From Caecitellus pseudoparvulus (Eukaryota; Protista; Bigyra: Bicosoecida): a stretch of DNA of 64,000 bases. Where the stretch lies: the NCBI GenBank assembly GCA_965644315.1, contig CBFFRQ010000092.1, positions 77,782 through 141,781 of the forward strand. The letters are read 5' to 3'. Of the stretch, positions 63,301-64,000 are shown piece after piece (within the stretch, counting starts at the first letter, position 1; the number at the start of each line of letters is the position of its first letter). The notes beneath the pieces were generated by a model. It saw nothing but the letters and a program-made list of their open reading frames with translations. It was not told the origin of the DNA and made no database searches. Position numbers and translations under genes: made by a program.

Positions 63301-64000
63301 CCTGGTGCGAGAGGAGGTCATGACGTCGAAGGAAGTCACGAAACGCGTCAGGCTGGCTGCGAAGGGCAGCGTGTTGCCGAGACACCTGCAGCCGCTGGGC
63401 CCCAAGTCCGTGCGGGGTGGGGCGGCGGCCTACGGAGCAAAGCCGCCGCAGCAGCCCCTGCACAACGCAGCCAGGGATGCAGTGGAGGCACAGGCGTCCA
63501 AGCTGGACGTCTCGGACGTCGGCCGCATCACCCTGGCTGTCAACCGGCGCCGCATGACAGACCACCTGCGACGGGTGCAGCGGCAGCAAGCGTTGCAGGC
63601 GATCGAGTGGGCCTCTTCGCAGCAACAAGCAGAGCAGCAGAGGTGGGGTGGGGGGAGCGGCAAGTGGGAGAAAGTGCTCAGCGCGTCAGAAGCGGCGCAA
63701 AGCGCTCATGGCGCGGCACAGGTGTCCGGCACTGGCACCCGTCTGTCCACGTTGGCTGACGAAGTAGAGGGTGTCGTGTCCTTAGCGACAGACCACCTGG
63801 GTGCAGTGGCCAGCCAAGCCGCCCGCATGCAGCACCATGCACAGGCCCATGGGGCTGCCCCGCTCCCAGTGGCTCACGCCCTGCCGCCTGCTGTGTTGGT
63901 TGGGCGACCTGACGAACACGCCGGCGCCGGCGCTGCCAGCCAGCTGGCCAAGTTGAAGCTGCGGGCTGCGACGAGGCGTGCCTCAGTCACGGAATCTTCT
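57320..64000 (+). CDS. Very large (>2,200 aa, 3'-truncated) low-complexity/coiled-coil protein with a FAM227/FWWh-like domain
   Basis: ATG at 57320 (MSTAPSHAASG). The ORF track lists no closed ORF in this frame after 57139, and sampled translations through base 64000 are open. RRFFWWAFV...LFATLSSQYTAAF...RDDTFHALRALLVESAMGMFTRAFAGS...LLDQLTG (~58180-58695) resembles FWWh. Confidence 0.7.
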   Translation, partial: MSTAPSHAASGTLSSGGYEGLLSAAEVKAAAAEVSQDEASRLLRAARKEHVAMLMQDVEKGGAMKPRSAHSASRRLQAATPVAGEGRTMTPGSAAHQTPSHDSSGAGGSSESALFRSRQLGAPGPRRRFEREQLPLTSPDLPADLAQDADVEGVLAALQPQLSAPLVQAGMGLLLHMLEALRRLHAPDSECLAALSPSEGEGLLQRLTPPKVKVAAERAAWASTLQLLQETLARGASFPTQDQPPLHALSSAELVQALDAAAWTWRRAVRCEWRLRVWSVLRRRTGLVRRFFWWAFVCEQISVRTAVAVARAREASGRDYGMLDWQAALEHTLGAFVSPGEGGAPPGPAQLFATLSSQYTAAFLATTQISTDITVTGGGRLATGLAVSGGAHRNSSTISTASGLRDDTFHALRALLVESAMGMFTRAFAGSPSLGVGGPLHPPALRVRVAGLLDQLTGQEGNHSNLALAPPPSHDQLALRPWRSSQQQRFNDVLARWQVSEGAVQAKQRLAAAGAAGAAEDVAHETEALLQRASKALAVDPAGSAGAEARSALLASATAALADPVGQPLTVGGRPVSSVALRRVLASTNVAARMALIMPSARSHISTGHIGGQPGPEAGDVLSGDEEGDDGASTVSWSTVDTETELQLGSPRKVQATKRRKALEAQAEAAAALEATAATQVHALEPAVTHGGVHGHSLAPHLEGAGVEDDAQQVQRRRRVPLARRKVAPKAWPPPLAEAVLEEEQRLRFSQRHKAQPRQPVVLMPHGQRTRLGASPALRQHLAQGGGGAGHSRAQQRAARTASGAAHRAAVTTPLMRMVPVAAWSPPTPRTMEGLFQTARGLPPDQVMRSLLNPDPAGVQGVVSASDQVVSSGTVSLRHDARAATPGAAPHPLFLPNVMPRAKTAPAGSHGRSADLARWWGHQPPSVDGQGPAEASKASRFAQQAAAAAEWGLQHPFSFPAATTEAALMFGVASAGGLGGAVLQAVALAGQEEQGAETAPPATPAMRERPKRKSGPSPQTPPEDDLQPDAKVFVADTAPQAPSAVLGLAPVASDGWLPGVPVRGKGAPLVVGGAAQGGPTAPGTASPEDGTPASEQDIAASGQVVSQPPGRPASSDAGDFFLTAVAEAEPRAEEDAPRASAALLPASVPTLHSPVRNAVWRNISNKARLSVAKQQALAARLMEGSGDKPGMRVEGQGPALGYALAASSLASTRQARQSNQALGSSAAARVITANRPDIVGRPLLPGEHTVGMSAALAATPSTGDKAQLLRSVALKRHADLKAKVRAFTTTARESRAQVRRELRDMRRLHRALSRSKHAQTLVRQLVAMRAADFEAISAKASAGGAADVPGAHSRSRAAQRRARQAAQAGQWSGSTPLGRQAREAAVAAAHRHAKPEVDKAEAHAAFIAMLSQLRREVATAEGGVREEELQDAALLRALVEAAAAQRPEAASPATSFPSGRRGEVRMLSEALVLEAWQAQEEGEVEEQKKGGDVEDAAVGETLVPPTSWQAAGDGSAFSQGIFQKGGKAKDAAGDKYGTMRVVEEGDETIEAPGQQVRGPLLSLLGYDHTHRRGRLEEPDAVAGAIAARAATYAQQQAAAPVEPQGATAPPSPRTPTRASTSPTAADVGLDTEAASAIERTLSGQSRASDHKGFRGLGKPPGVSGNPRAGMSDFDKRVDRALDPHAAHCVSPVAAAVAALEHRDVLQDLLRPFPGQGWTQDDLHTFTGSRAGRSGLAGFAAQSGVVAQLQSMRGGSAHSQRSGTSAEASVLGVSPDELQRAAQVKGHALDTEQDYLDRVGRLALRVHELHRREVEEAAEARAKVAAQRGRRARERTERSRARQLAASTSLPALPSSTTGQKQPASSPLARATSHATRMQVGASKLAYSTRRSERLDSAGDSDGGVAAELSFASDSDDSLEEWEARRVKEHAQPVRRLQRAARHQKRRAIESNPAIMSAVRSQKRQAALRDARLQSMRQRHARSAQLTASALESTDLVREEVMTSKEVTKRVRLAAKGSVLPRHLQPLGPKSVRGGAAAYGAKPPQQPLHNAARDAVEAQASKLDVSDVGRITLAVNRRRMTDHLRRVQRQQALQAIEWASSQQQAEQQRWGGGSGKWEKVLSASEAAQSAHGAAQVSGTGTRLSTLADEVEGVVSLATDHLGAVASQAARMQHHAQAHGAAPLPVAHALPPAVLVGRPDEHAGAGAASQLAKLKLRAATRRASVTESS

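Overview
Gene-dense, GC-rich eukaryotic DNA with short (~60-90 nt) GT-AG introns and the standard genetic code. CFAP298, a FAM227-like gene, LAMTOR3, Ric-8, a hybrid histidine kinase and Ala-inflated proteins suggest a flagellated heterotrophic protist, possibly a stramenopile (inference only). In order, the window holds: the 3' part of a VPS13 with a DysF insertion; a pseudokinase-like/ankyrin gene; a decayed UTP20 3' fragment; CFAP298; VIT1; a METTL21-type methyltransferase; NRAMP; a Cys-type high-MW thioredoxin reductase; a hypothetical protein; a Ric-8-like gene; a tandem duplication carrying two 38-aa-repeat ankyrin genes; a ~4,350-aa E3 ligase; a small unannotated intron-rich gene; an AMPK/SNF1-like kinase; LAMTOR3; a hybrid histidine kinase split by a 4,488-bp transposon; a PHOSPHO1/2-like phosphatase; and a >2,200-codon FAM227-like ORF that runs off the window and is missing from the ORF track. 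Three things stand out. (1) The giant E3 fuses HERC2/CPH-like, SPRY, cullin (neddylation Lys retained), Ariadne RBR and NHR domains, a CUL9/PARC-like architecture outside chordates. (2) The transposon is an intact two-gene PIF/Harbinger-ISL2EU-like element with 26-bp perfect TIRs and an atypical 5-bp (or 7-bp) TSD; its removal exactly restores the kinase ORF, and its ends offer in-frame splice sites. (3) An ankyrin family with virus-like 38-aa repeats appears to be diversifying. All domain calls come from motif recognition by eye; no searches were run.
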